This document shows, piece by piece, positions 26,501 through 41,645 of a stretch of 64,000 nucleotides of DNA (position 1 is the stretch's first letter; each line of letters opens with the position of its first letter). The stretch spans positions 1 through 64,000 of the forward strand of contig JAQGDQ010001080.1 of NCBI GenBank assembly GCA_030141605.1, in the 5' to 3' direction. Under the pieces are notes generated by a model that saw only the letters and a list, made by a program, of their open reading frames with translations, ran no database searches and was not told the DNA's origin. A program made the position numbers and the translations under genes. The stretch comes from Tubiluchus corallicola. Its lineage: Eukaryota; Animalia; Priapulida.

Positions 26501-28549
26501 GATAAAATTTGAAATGCTTGAAAGATGTATGACTCTTTTTAAACTTGCTCACACATCCATTTATTGATTCTTATCGTAAAATGTGTGTATGGTATCACTG
26601 CATCATATGTGATTATTAAGCAGGTTGAATTGAATATAATTTCGACTGAAATTGCACATTATTCCAATTGAAATTATATTACAACATGCAGGCAATTTAA
26701 TAATAACTAGAATACATGTAAAAATGTGTATGTAGTGAAAAGCTGCTCAGAGCTGTTCATTGTGTTCACATTTATGAGACTCTGTGATATTCTTATGAAA
26801 ATAAATGACATTGATTAACTGAACTGGATTATAATTGTCAATGATTCAAATCAAAGTCTCTTTTTATGTCACGAAAAGCTTTTCAAAGTAAGTTATTAGA
26901 ACCCAGTCACATGTGGCCAAAATTATTCTAGGAAAATTGCTCTGAGCAGGATTTAAATCAGCAATTTTGATCAGAATTGTATTTCTAAATTTAAAAATTG
27001 TTTGGTGGCGGGCCATTTCGTTAGTAATAGAGCTACAGTTGATTTTCGTAAACACACAAATTTGCATTCTGGTAAAACGCATTTATGTCGTCTAAACTAC
27101 GACATGAAATGTAGAAATTGGACAATAACTAGTTGTAAAAAATAAAAACACTCTTTTTGTAACACCTACCCGTTACTAGGGTTCTTCATTCCCAAAAGTA
27201 GACCAAAAGTAGCAATAGATTGCACTTGAATTACTTTCCGAAGAAGCCATTATTTTTTAAGCGGGTATTGATGTTGAAGGACCAAAGACCTATCTGACAG
27301 AACTCTAATTTTGCTCTGCCTTTCCACAGTAAGGTGAAAAATAGAGTAAACAAAACTTAGGCAAAACGTACAATTAACGAAGAAAGAGCCAAATTTAATT
27401 TATGAAAAATCAAACCTTAGGCTAGGCTAATAGGATACCTGCTAGCTTGTATAGTGTCAAATGATTCTCAGTTCAAATATAAGGACCAACGATGGCACCT
27501 GAACTACGAACACATACAATACTTTGTTTTAATAGTAAACTAGGTATGAAATAATTCTGTCCTTAACTGAAGCAGAGACTCTCCACGTGCAAATCACTTC
27601 AAGTTTGCCAAGCCGCCTCCTCTATGACTACCAATATGATTGCCAAGTTGTTTCTTGTAAATAATTTTTATTAATGTCATGTTACTTTATCCAAAGATGG
27701 CATGTCCTTCATATAACGCCTTCATATAATATTTGGCGAACTTTTGAAGGCCCACTTCAGGGTTAGTATACCACGTAAGGTTACACGATGTTACTCTTTT
27801 TTCCAACTGCTAAGATTCTGTTTAGACCTCTTTTGTTTTAATTTCAACTCGTCACGAGTTTTCAAATTGATGGTGAAAAGCAAGTAGAGCAAAGAAAAAC
27901 TAATGAATAAGTAAGTTGGTCCACTTTCTAGAAGACTCCTGCTAGTAATGCACAACTAAACTTAGAATTCAAAAAGTTGGAACTTAAAAATATCTACCTC
28001 ACGTTGCTACGAGGCGCAAACTTCCTTGGATAATTTTGTGCTATTTTTACTGCATTACTGTCTTCCGCATTCCAAAAAATGTTTGACAAGAACATTTCAA
28101 AACTAGAATAAGCAGACTGAGGGTAAATTATAAAAAAAAAGAAAGAAAAATGGTAAAATGAAACACTTAGCAAAATTTTACAGCTAACACTTACATGTTG
28201 AGTCGAAATCTAAGGGGTTAAACCAAAAATTACTGAATCATGACTGACTTAATAATAACAACCAAGAAGAGAAAAATAAAATGAAACTGAAGCCGAACAT
28301 GACCAGAACACACTGCCCTCGAATCTACGAGAACAGGTTACACGCTCGAGAAAATTGGCCTAGAAAACTGAGCTCTGATTGGCCCACGCAATTTTAAATT
28401 CAATACACTGCATCGTCAGGAAGCCCGTCACAGATTGATCTTGCGACCCGCCACAATATCAACAATCCAGAAAGAGTTTATACTAATATTCAATATACTA
28501 TGAGCAATCACTATTAAGTAGGTTACAAGAAGGCAGCAGGATCGGCAAA

Positions 28550-29900
28550 TTTAAAATGAAAGCTTATATTCTATGCTATGTTTTACATAAATGCTGACAA
28601 TCTGGCCTATAAAATGAATGAATTAAAATGTAAAGTTAAATTGTTAACATTTCATATTATTGAGGCGTGAGGTAAAAAAACCCCAACTTTTAATTAACAA
28701 TGACAGTGTTTGCACTAGAAAATTATTGCTGCTTTCATCTGGCAAAAAAGCCAGAGTCATCGTTTTTTAGCTTTACACGAGTTTGACAGGGCCCATAGCC
28801 GATACAGAATTTGAGTTCTCAGAGTCACTATCATTGAAAATAAATCTTGGAAGTAGTCTGTTACTATGAATACTGTCTGTTAATTGGATGTATATACAGA
28901 AGTAATAATTGAAATGCAGTCAACAACTATAACTTAGTGAAATTAAAACAGGAATGCATTACCAAAAAAAACAGATCAATTGCTTATAGTAGTAGACTTT
29001 AGTTACCTATGTATAAATTATCCAATCATATCGATTCCAGCCAACCAGCATTTCTAGGAGGACTTCATTAATTTATAATTGATGAACAGTCTGCAACAAC
29101 TCTAGCACTTGGAATGAAGCTTTGGAGTCTACCTAATTTAGATAATACGTATGAGACTGCAATGGTTCAGAATACTGATCAACTGGGATTAAGTGTAAAT
29201 TTCAATTCTGTGCTTTTGCCTTATATGTCAAATAAAAATGGCATTAATTCACAGGTGAATTGGAGTTATAATACAGCTGACTTTAATGCAGATTAGAGAT
29301 GAATCTGTTACGTGGAAAATATCAGATGGAGAAGTTTGTGTAGGCATGGGTCGATTTTGCAACTCAGACGAACAACGGGTGGCAGAAATGGCAAAACTAT
29401 TCCAGTTACTGGCAGCTTTTTTTGCGGGAGAAGAGACATTTCTGGAAATGGTATTGCGCGATCGTTTCCAATGAAAAAACATCAGAATATAACAGAGCAT
29501 GAAACTGAAATAACGTATGAAATCAGGAAGCAGAGAAAAGATTATGAAAGACATATTGTACATAATACCAAAAACAATCCAAGAGCCAAATATTAACTAC
29601 AGGAAGGGATTGGTGAACTCCACAAAGTGCTAAATGATAATAATTCTGATTTAACTATTAGGAATGAAGAAAAAACAGAAACATCGTCTGAATGTTTTGC
29701 AAATGTCTTTGTACAGGTGGATCTTACGACATCCATAGCAACTTTGCAACCATTGATGCCTGGGGCACTTAGAGGAAATCTGGTAATCATTGAGGAAATG
29801 GCATATGATGAGAGGTGACTCATAATGCTACCAAATCAGAGAGATTGGACGGTATGCATCCACGTCTATTATAAGAAATGGCAAATGAAATGAAAGGCTA
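28550..29900 (+). pseudogene. Heavily decayed CR1-type LINE ORF2 (APE to start of RT)
   Basis: Residual motifs NADNLAYKMNEL, LLIGCIYRS, WSYNTADFN, RKDYERHIVHNTKNNP, GIGEL...EEKTE...FANVF and LDGMHPRLL*EMANE, in the expected order. Confidence 0.75.
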
Positions 29901-31924
29901 GCAAACTTACCAAATTTGTTATTAGCTCAAAGAAAAAACCCGCTCAGCTTATTCCAACATCACGCCACATCAGCTCATCATGGGACACACGCTGAGACGA
30001 TATGCTAACAAATTCACTTACCCATCGTATCCATAATGAACATGAAACCATCAAATACTATGGCCGACACAGCATGGTCGTTTCATTGACATCTCCAATT
30101 AATTTTATTCGTTGGCGCAGACACCCGACTATTGCTTCAATTTAAAACCATAGGAAGTTTGGGCATCAGAAAACGGCATATCAATACCTTTAACGAACAA
30201 AGCAAGTTCCGAAAAAAGTGAAACACCACATCACTAGAGGCAAAATGACAGCCTTGGTAAAATTGAGGTGGTCCTTAATATACATGGATATCAATTCCAA
30301 CACAGCCGCTAGACCAGCTCACTTTCTATCATCGTTGTCCCAAACGAACGAAAAAGATAATTCAGATTAAAAATAAGAAAAGCTTCAAATTGAGAACATC
30401 TTTTTAAGGAATACTTATCACTTACAACATCACAATCTCGATCATCCTTCAAGCCCCAGAAATTGGCGATAATTATCTCTCTGATTCACTGGGATAACAT
30501 GTCATCTCATAAAAGGATTTTCAATGGTAACATATTGTAGCTGTTGCGTTAGTTGTGGTTTTTCTACGCTAGATGGCTGACTGATTCATCCGCCAATAGT
30601 AGACACGCATGCTGCACTCCAGAGCTGTCAATCTGTCTTACGCATGAGCACTCACGTGCATCGTTGCATTCATGCACGCATCGCTACACTCAATACGCCA
30701 GCATATGTGCAAGTGCACCTCGTCTCTGCCACGCTCTATGCCGACCTGCATGTCAGCATAAAATATTTTCACCATTTAGTGCATGTACACTAGCCAAAAA
30801 TAAATGTTGAGAAATAATAGCAAATGCTGCATAACGAAAATTTCTAACAACTGCGTTAGTAAATTGCTGGGAAGAAAGTGCAGTCTCTGTCGGCTATAGC
30901 ATTGTCTAAAACCGACTATTGCTTAAAATATTATTAATTATAAACCATACGACGTCTGGGCATAAAAACGACATATCAATACTAAGAAAAAGATCAAAGC
31001 AAGTCCTAAAACTTCCGCAAGTTCTACACATGCGTTACCGATTTTTGTAAGAAGTGATCTGTACACCCCCTATGTTGAACTCCCTGTATCCATGCTTTAT
31101 GGCGAGTGGATAATCATAGATAATAATAATAAGGCAAACAGAAGATGACGGTATTGTTATAGCAATGTATATAGCAATTGTTACAGATATGACGAACGCA
31201 TTGTACGTTTTTACCCACTACCCGTAGAGTGACGCAGCATGTCACGCATTTGCACGCCTCAAGCAGAGGGGTACTCTGATTATAGTGTTATTCTCAAAGG
31301 TTGTAATAAGCTAGCAGCGAGAGGGGAAGAAAGGTATACCCAAGAGAATATTGCATGCAAAGTTATATTACATAGCATTACACTTATCTGGAAGACTTAT
31401 GTAATTGGAAAAAAATTCTTAATAATTACAAGCAGTCCTCCGTCACGCCTATTACAGTCCATAGGGATCTGTTGTCGTTTATTTGATGCATCCGTGGCCT
31501 TCTAGTATATGTTGGTTTTGTCATAAAAATCTTAGCAGTTTTTTCTATAATATACTTAGTAACTTGGCCTTCTCATTTTAATTCAAACGCATTCTGCAAA
31601 GTTTCATTTCTGAAATCAATCTGTCATTATAGGCCAATTTCATTAACCATTTTATGTACTGAAAGCTCATCTGATTAAAAAGGATGGAAATTCCACAAAT
31701 AATTTGAATAAACATCCAAGATCTACCAGACCATTTCTTTTAAAAAATGGAAGTATGACAAATTTGTGAGAACAATATGCCCAAAGAAATTTGAACCATC
31801 ACCAGCAAATTGCACCAGAACAAATTGGACCTTCCAAACCAACCTTGTACATCAAAAGTAAATGAAAAATTAGGTTATTAAAGATTAAATAATCTCCGTC
31901 AGTTATTATCACAGCAGAATTTAA

Positions 31925-33190
31925 CTGGCTATATTCGCCAGTCCATCATCTTGCCAAGTGACAGCAGAAGTATTGCACAAATATTTAAATAGTAGCACAC
32001 TTCACCAGCCTAGTTTTTCGATAGTTGACATTAGAAATAGTGCAATAAATGGTGCACTTTACCAGCCTACCACTTCGCCAGTCTATTTTTTCGCCAGTCT
32101 GTTTTTTAGCCAGACCATCAGTTAGTCAGGCTATCATTTTGCCAGTTGATAACAGAAATACTGCAAAAAGGCATTAAACAGTAATACACTTCGCCAGTGC
32201 AGTACTTCGCATCTGACCTTTCGCCAGTTTATCATTCTCCAGTCTGTCATTTTGCCAGGTGATAAAAGAAATAGTGCAAAAAGTGTATAAAAAGATGTAG
32301 TCTTCGCCATTGAATCATTTCGCCAGTATTAGTTTGCCAGCAAGGCATGCCCTTAATATCCTTTCCCTATTGCACCTCTAAGCATTTCGCCAGTATTAGT
32401 TTGCCAGCAAGGCATGCCCTTAATATCCTTTCCCTATTGCACCTCTAAGCATTTCGAAGTTCAAGAACTGTGATAAAAAGGACATCCGGTCGAATATTTG
32501 ACATTCAAAATTTGCTGTTATTTCCTTTCTGCGATGTTTAGTTTGTGAGACAAGCTTCTTTTTGGAATAACTCAAAAACCAGAGTAACCCCAATCCGGTT
32601 ACCTTTCCATATTAACTATGCTAACAGGTAGGCCAGAGGGCCATCTTAGCGTGCAATTTCCGATGATTATCATTTGACCCTCCTGAGATATTTCCGGAAA
32701 ACCATCAAAATATTTCCATTTTGGAGACTAAATTATTCCTACAAGCAGCGCCACCTATTCAAAGGAAAAAAGACAGTAAAGTACTGTGACTTAGCTATCC
32801 ATAACCGGCTTAGTCTTTTAACCTTAGACCATTGCCGTTTTATAATTGCCTCAAAAATGTCAGGGTTATGGGAAGGCCTAAACTTTATTGCAGCATTGTT
32901 TAACTTTATCCACACATTACTCATGAAAGAAAAAACCTACCAGGATGGCGGCCATTGATGATAGTCACATCAAATTTCTATCCACTGATGTATCACAAGT
33001 TTGGCATCATACACAAAAATTTACTCTGACACACTGGCGATATGATAGACTGGCGAAAAGACATCCTGACGCAATTATAGATTGGAGAAGTGATAGACTG
33101 ACAAAAAGATAGGCTGGCGAAATGGTACACCTGCAAAACGATAGGTTGACGATAAGCAACACTGGCAATATACTAACTGGGGAAGTGGGT
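31925..33190. mobile_element. Foldback-like element with inverted arrays of TTCGCCAGT subrepeats
   Basis: Many TTCGCCAGT-like units at 31935-32410 and reverse-complement ACTGGCGAA-like units at 33032-33185; exact 67-bp tandem duplication at 32316-32456. Confidence 0.55.
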
Positions 33191-36100
33191 GATTGAATAG
33201 CATCAACAGCAATCATGAAACATTTAGTTGGCTTTATAAGTTCCAATTTTCAGTGGTTGTATAACATAGTTTATGGTTTCAATGAGAAATTAAGTCGATT
33301 TGAAAATTTTCACAGACAGCAGAACGTCAATTTAATAAAAATGAAACTGGCTGATTAAATATTTGAGTAATCACAGTACTAAGTACTAATCACTCACAAA
33401 CAACTGATGCATGTGGTTTCCTAGAAAACGAAACCAATAATAAGTAAATTTATTCATTAATGACACAAAAATTAAAAATAGTTTGTACACAATACAAAAA
33501 CTTTATATATAAATAAATGTTTGTCATCATGTTAAAAAATAAAAATGCATTGAATGCTAGACCAAGTAGAGCAGTGCGCAAGCTTTGCTTGAATATAAAT
33601 AATCACTGCATATAGAATAGCTTACTTCGCACATAAACCAAAATTTTCATATTTTGAAGGAAATCACACATACTGTACTCGAAGTTAATAATTACACTTC
33701 ACCAAAGACTTTGTAATAGCGCACACGTTACACAATTGACAATCATCATAGCACCTTTGCACAGCACATAATTTGCATAAATTGTCTAGCCTTGAGTTAC
33801 GCCTATGAATATGACAGCTGTTGATCAACCTGACACGCATCACATTAGCTGCAACTGCTGTTTAGCTCCGCCCAAAGCTTTCTCGCACTAGAAATCAGAA
33901 TTCGAAATTGTTCTCAAAATTTTCTTGAAGAATTTTTTAATAAGGTTCTTTTAGCGAAGTTTATTCACTTTTTAAGTTTTTGTTCTGTCTTCTACAGCAA
34001 GTCATACATCTTACACTCATTATTCTGCCTTCCAGGAAGCGTTTGTAAACACATTAATAAACAAATTGTTACAAAATAAAAATAACACCGTTTTGCTACT
34101 GAGAAATGCTCAGCAGATCTTTAGACAAAGTTACACTTTATTTCTGTATGACTATCATTCTAAAACAAAAGAAAACGTTATATATTTTGAATTGACTTTT
34201 TTGTCCCACATGGTAATATACTATCGTAATTATTTTAGTGGTAAATATTTTAGTAAACGCGAAGCAGCGTCGAAATATTTCTTTGTTAAAGAAGAAAGAA
34301 AATTGTCGACTGCTGATTAAGAGACGCATAAATCATGAAACAGCTGAAACTTCATTTTGATATCGTGTTTGTAAACAATGAAGTAACAAAACACAAAACC
34401 TTTTAATACAGCAATAGTTCATACAGGTAAGTACTAGTAGGATGTTCCATTTAGGGAGCGAACAATTATCATTAGGTAGAACGCTGCTCCTTTTTCACTC
34501 CACAAATCTTCAAAATCTGGCTTGTAGTGATACGTAAGTTTCTCATTTAACACTTGTCTACTTATTCTTAATTACAAAGTTGGAATGATAATATGATTAA
34601 AAAGAACTTTTTTAACACAAAACGCCAAATTGCAAAATTCTATTGATGTAGTGTCTGCACACAAAAGACAGCAAAAGAATCATAAATCTTTATATTCTGA
34701 GTATTTTGAGCTGAGACATGCACTGCCGCCTACACACAAAGAAAGTTTTTAATCTTCAACAATTTTTTCTAGAATTCGCTCTTGATCATTATAATCTTCT
34801 TGGCACATTTCACAAAAGGCTAAACACTTGATTCCAGCTCCCTGTCCACGCAAGAGCAATGTAATTTTCATTGATCATTGGAGTCGTGTGAAGTGTTTAC
34901 CTGAACGACAGATCACACCCTATACACAAAGAAAACTTTTCGTCTGTAAAATTTCTCTGCCTGCTTTTTTAATCACTGAAATCTGTTGAAGTACTGTATT
35001 GACAAACAGCTTATGCCCCACAACAAAGCAAGATTTCAATCCTTGCAATTCTGTCTAGAATTTAATAATGACTGACAATAATAATCTTTTTATTGACAAT
35101 GACAATGATAATGACAATGTTTTTTATTGAAGTGGTACGGCAAATTTCACAAGAGAACTACTGGGTAATGACCAACCTTCCAAGTTCCAATTAATGCAAC
35201 AACAATTAGACAATTTTGCGACTTTCTAATTATTGAGGAAACTTTTGTGAACTACAACTGTTTTATTAAAATATTTTTTATTACTCTTGACCTTGTTGCT
35301 GCAGCTCTGCTGTATTCTCACTGTATATGTTGTTTTTGCTGCTGCTGCTTCTGCTGCTGATAGTGATAATGATGATGATAATTAAGATGTTGTCGCTCTA
35401 CCTACAAAACCACCAAAAATTCATAAATTTATAAAAACTCAATGCTTTTATTGTAAAACTCTACATATATTTTTAAAATTTAGACAAAGCAAAACTAGGA
35501 GAATTCTAACGAACAGCTAAATCTTTTCTCATGGAATCTTGAGTAATCAGTTCTTTATTTAATCCGTGAAAGGCAGCTGTCTGACAGCTCTGTTTATTTT
35601 AATATTCAATGTCAGCTTTAAGATGTTTGCAGACAACTATAATCACAGCAGCTTATTATAAAATTTCATGCATCTCTTTGTTAGGCGGCTACAAAGCAAT
35701 CAGAATTATTTCTCAGACTTAAATTATTAGAAATCATAATCACTTAATTCAGGTAACTCTTTGCATCTAGGGCGTGTGGTTTGTCTGCAGCTCGCGGTTC
35801 CAATACTTTATAAGCACTTAAACAAACTGGAAAAGTTCTTAAGAAACAAGAAATACAAAATTTGTTAGAAAAATCAAGACTTTGTTAATAAACTTTTCAA
35901 TGATAAAAAGTTGCATCATAAAAGACGAATTATAAAAACTGGTTAAAAACTAAAGTGGCGTCAAAGAAAAAAAGAAATTCTCTAGAAAGACACAACATGG
36001 CACAATTGACATGAAGTTGGAAAGACGCCAATCATCTATTGTCACCAGCCGTCCACTCATATATCAGCAGGTTGTGGGGGGACCGAAAACTAAACAATGC

Positions 36101-39100
36101 TGTAAACATGTTACATAGCTCGGCATCTCCAGCACAGGAGAATCTCTAAACAAGCCTTTACTCGTCAAGTTTCTTTACATTTTATTTCTACAATTATGTT
36201 AATTTTAATGGTTTTGTTGCACTTTAATCAGTTTGCTTAATGCAGAGCTTTGTTCTTTAGATGTGAAAAGAAACAATCAGTTGTTGTGCAAAAAGTAAAT
36301 GTTACCTAAGAGTCTCATCAGAAATTTGAACTAATGCGCTGCATAAACACACTTCTTGTGAAATTAAATTGACAAATCTTATCTGTAAATATTCTGCACC
36401 CAAAGAAAGTTCTTAAGCTTCATCAATCCTGCCTGGAATTTAATAATAAGTGAAATCTCCAGAAGTATTTACCCGACAAGCGAATCGCGCAAAGCAAACA
36501 AAGGCTTTAATCTTCAACAATTGAAACTTTTTGAAGTATTAAGCTGAGATGCAGTTTATGCCGTCACGTCCTGAACACACAAAGGGGGATTTTGATCCGT
36601 AAAACCAATATATCTGAGATCAAGCAGTAGTTCAATAATCTCTCTTTTCCAATTTATTCAACAGATTTTACAACAATTTTGGCAGCGTGAGAAATTGTGG
36701 GTAACGACCAACCTTGAAACACCCACGATAAATTTTCACAAACATTTGACTAAAACAGATGAGTTTGAAAATGTTTAATATGTTAGAAAAATTTTTGGCG
36801 CAGCTATTGTCTCAGTGATCATTGTTACTCATTACTTCTTTTTATTTTATCATAGTTCTGTGACATACACATACGATTATAGAAGTCTATAAAGCTGTAA
36901 TACTATTAAACACATTTTTATAAATAAATTGCAGGCGGATTCGTAACTTGCATGAAAGATTGGTGAGACTTCTATACTTATTGTGGCGGTTTCATTTGCT
37001 CTGCTGCTGATCCTGGTTGTTTACATCGCAAAGAAATCGATGTTTCTCACACGAACATTGCTGAGACACCTCTCGCAGTTCAGTGGCTCATCTTCGGGGA
37101 TTGCCTTTGTTAATGTGCCAGCTTCAATTTAGCCCACAAACATCTCAATTTTCCAATACCATTACTTCGACATATAATTACGTTGTGAGTGTGTCATAAT
37201 TTCAGAAAAGTTGTCCTGAAGTAGTATGTACAATAAAGCTCAAGTTTTAGAAGAAATATCTGACTGTGTAAACATTAAGAGTTTCTTCAAAGTCATTCAA
37301 CACAAAGAGCTTTGAAAGATGCTGCAATGTTTATTTAAAAACAAGTTTTCCTCCTTTGTGCTGAAGATGTGAAATATTCTGAATTTAAGCTAAGTTCTTG
37401 TGTCAATACATTAGCCTGGGAACTAAGAAAGAGACGTCAGGGAAAGAGTTAAGTAAATATAGCAGTATGATTACAAGGTTCTTAAATTTCAAAAGCCCGC
37501 ATTCCACACCTGTGAAAGAGTTAACAAAATAAAGCTGAGCAAATGCAGACAAGACTGTTAATAGTCTACGACATTCCAGGAAAATTGACCTAAACTTTTC
37601 TACAAAGGAGTGTGAAGTAAAAACATTTTTCATTATTCCGTCGCTTTCTGGTATAACAGCCTCTTTCTTGCATATGATTTCACCTTAACTCACGTTTAAT
37701 ATCACTTACTGTTTATGAGAAACTTTAAACTGTTTTATAAGAAAGTACTACATCCTTTTATACGTAACTGATTCGCGATAGCTAAACTTGTGCAAGAGAC
37801 CCAACACAATGTGGTTTTCTACATCCTGATCCGGTGAATGCAAAAGTCAGAAATCCATTTGCTGCCCAGTTCCATCTTGGTGCAGATAAAATAATTACCT
37901 GCAAATTAAATGACAACACAAGACGACTTATGCAGTTTATACCGCCACCATCACTCACAATTAAATTTGGCAGTGTATCAGGAAAATACAAATTTATTTA
38001 AGATACAAGTTCTGTTGTCATTAATTTTCATTTCATGAATCAACCAAAATACTTATTAGAAATTTTCATTACGCATGCATTTCATGTATTTTTTGGCATT
38101 CATTTTTGCGATCAAACCTGGGGGTCTGCGTAGAGCGTGGCAGAAACGAGGTGCACTCGCACACATGCAGGAGTAGTGAGTGTAGCGAAGCGTGCATCAA
38201 TGCTCATGGGCAGAACTGGCAAATAATTCATGACTCAATGTCTTCAATGAGAACTATTGAACGTTGAGTCATGAATTGGAGAAATAGAATAGCGCAAAGT
38301 TAGAAAATTTTATAGACTAAATGTAATTGTTTTGATATTTTTATTAAGTATGTCATATTAAGAGGTCAAAAAGAAAAAAAATGCAGTTTTTACATACAAG
38401 GATACACAACTTTTAAGTTTATCTCACTTATAACCATTACACAGAACATTACAAATAATCTGTTTTGCAATCTAACCTCATCTAACCACTGGTAAAATAA
38501 GCTAGTACACTATAAGTTTTCAAAAAGCTGTAAATCTTGTTGCTTTTGTTGTTGTTATTGTTTCTTGTTAAACATTTTTGTAGAGTATGTTTTACAAATA
38601 GAGCACAGGAAAAATGGCACAGGGAAAAATGGCATACCATGTGTTTATGGTTAGGGCTACAGTGGGGGGAGATAATTTTAATTGTTTTTAACTCTGTTTT
38701 GGAAATTGTGCTTCAACACAGTTTTTTGCTGTACCTCTTTTTTTTATCTCCACCTTGACAGACAACTGCGAGTTAGTTCGAGATTCCATTTCATGAAATT
38801 CTTGCTTGTAAAATTGTGTAGCGCTGATTATGATTTTTGCTTGTATATTTCTCAGTCTCGCCAAATTGAACAGCAAAAAGGTTGATAGACAATGTGTGGA
38901 ACATTCGTGCATTATTGATCATATATCTGTTTAATGAACAAATATTTTGAATGTTATTGTAAAACAAAAACAACTTCAAACTATATGTGACTATTTAGTA
39001 GACATTGTCAATGTACTCAAAAATTGTGACACAAGTAGTTTCTTACATAAATTCAAGCATTTTTTTATTATATGATGGTTATCGACAATAATAAGCAAAC

Positions 39101-41464
39101 AATGAGAAACATGTTCACACGTTAATCAGTAACTCATTCAGTACAGTATGGGTTTGTTACATTTTGCGTGTGTTCAGGAAATACTGCTCTCAGCTATCTG
39201 TAGATAGCAACTATCTGTACAGAAGACTCTGTTGCACTGTGGCCTTAAGCCTATTTTTGAAGAAAAAATGTGAAAACGACCGTAATTTGTCCTTGCCTGA
39301 TCTGTTGCTTTTTCCTTAATTTATTATTATTTACTTGGTTGCTTCTAAAATTGTGTATTGATTTTGATTTAAATTTAATGCACCTACAATCGTTTTTTCT
39401 CAACTCATTTGGGTACTTGTTCACCACTACTGTTTGTTACTTATTATATTTTTTCACCAAATTTATGTTGTTACTATTTTCTTCTCATTGTTCGATTTTT
39501 GTACTTTCTAAACTAAATTTAATTCATGTTTAATGCACCAAATCAAAGCCGTATTGCCGTTTTTGTTAATAGTGGTTGGGTGCACAGTAAGCTTTTATTG
39601 TAGTGTAGCATTTTACCAGATTTTGCCATGTGCACAAAAAGCCTTTAGAGAGATAATATGTTGTGTAGCAGTTCTGATTCACTTAACTAACTTGTTGTCT
39701 CATATTGAATTTTCTATTGCAACATATTGTAGCAGTTGCATTAGTTGCGATTTTGTACACTAGATGGCTGACCGATGCTACCCGATGATATTTTGTACTT
39801 GGAGCACCCGCCATTGCTAGACATGCATGCTGCACTCCAGGGCTGTCCATCACTCTTACCCATTGAGCTCTCATGTGTATCGCTGCTTCCATGCACGCAT
39901 CACTACACTCACTGCTCCAGCATTAATGTGAGTGCACCTCGTGTCTCCTATGCTGTACACAGACTTGCGTGTTTATGTAAAATATTTTCACCATCCAGAG
40001 TACGTACACTGCCCAATAATGAATGTCAAAAAGCAACAGAAAAGGCTGAATAATGAAAATTTCTAGCAACTGTTTTAGTAATTCCTGGAATGAAAAGTAA
40101 TGGCAACATAACCTGGCATACAATAGTATAATAGTAACCACAGAATTTAGCAAAAAATAATAATTAACAAACAACAGTAAATAACGAGTATGTAAATGAC
40201 ATAAGAAAAAGTGATTCTAGGTATGCTTATTATTTACGTATTATTACGTAATCAAATTAAAATGCAATCTTTGAAGTAAGATTTGTAATAATATAACCGA
40301 TTAGGAAATGCCGCATTTTGATAAGATTATAAAAGATTTATGGCCCCAATAATTGAGTTTGAATTTCTTTTATTTCAAAGCATTTTAATATAGTTCTGTT
40401 CAAAACACAGAGGAGAATAATTCTACCCTTGCCGAAAATATAGACGAAGCTGCGTAACAATGGGTGTTTGAAAAAAACACAGACAATTTTAAGTGTTCAA
40501 ACACATGGCAAAACATGGCTACATATGAAAGGGCAATTCTCTACAGTGATAAGCATTGTTCCGCAGTTCCGTCGCTGAGCACTGGGAATAGAGCTTTGTT
40601 AACAAAGCACAGGTGTGTCCTATTATTTTTGTTGGAAGTTTTTGTTGGATGCTTGTAATAATATAGCGCCCTGGTAGACACGCAATAAGATGTGTTGTTA
40701 AGATTGAAAGGAATGTCTTTTCAGATTTGAAAGCTTTTCAAAGTGTTTGTACAGCAAACATTGGGCTAAAAGCTTTTCTTGTGATAATAAAGGGCGAGAC
40801 TGCTTAATAATAATTGCTGTTTGGATAAAATGGAGAAAGCTCTGAGTGCTCAGGAACGTTAACAAAAGACTCTTTATATTCTGTTTTATTCAAGTTTTGT
40901 TATTGATTTTGAGCAGAGTTAAAGTGGCTCTGAAGTAAAGAATAATATTTTCCCACATTTTAACATCTTGCGTAAACTAACCTCAGCTGAACACCTGGGA
41001 ATGATGCCAGGGAAAGAGTTAAGTAAAAAAAATGAATAAACCGAATCCCCTATAACTGAGAAAGATTTTGGTACATTTTTGTCTTTCTAGAGAAAAATTA
41101 ACATTTTGCCAAATCTGCTGATACCGTTACATATGAAACTGTGTTAACCAGGTATTATTGAAAATGCTGGAGGAGAAATTTTCATATATTATTTCAGGGT
41201 CATTTCAGATTCTATCTGCCATTGATTTAGAAGGATTAATAGATTCCTGTAAACTTGCAATGAGCAAAAATATTTTTTTCAGATTATTACATCATTGGGC
41301 AAATCAACCACTCAAGACCTGCTACCCCTGTGAAAAGAAAGAATTTTCAAATCCCAGGCCAATAAATATTCGCCTCAGAACTTGTTTTGTTTGTGTTGGG
41401 ATGTGAAAATTTTCTGAAATTTACTTAAAAATATCTTGGAGCCTAGGAGCCTAAAGAAAGACTC

Positions 41465-41645
41465 CACCGAAAGAGTTAAGAAAATAAAGCAGAAAATTTT
41501 CAAAGACTGCATTATGCACTTGGGAAAGACTTAAGAAAATAAAGCAGAACAATTACATCCTTAAACTTCAAAGCCTGCATTCCACACCTGGGAAAGATTT
41601 AAGAAAATATAGCAGAGTGTTTACACACTTGAATTTCAAAGCCTG
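41465..41645 (+). repeat. Tandem TTAA-bounded ~60-70-bp modules
   Basis: GAAAGA(G/C/T)TTAAGAAAATA(A/T)AGCAGA occurs three times, with TTCAAAGCCTGCATT-like sequence following; same module as 15342-15567. Confidence 0.7.
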
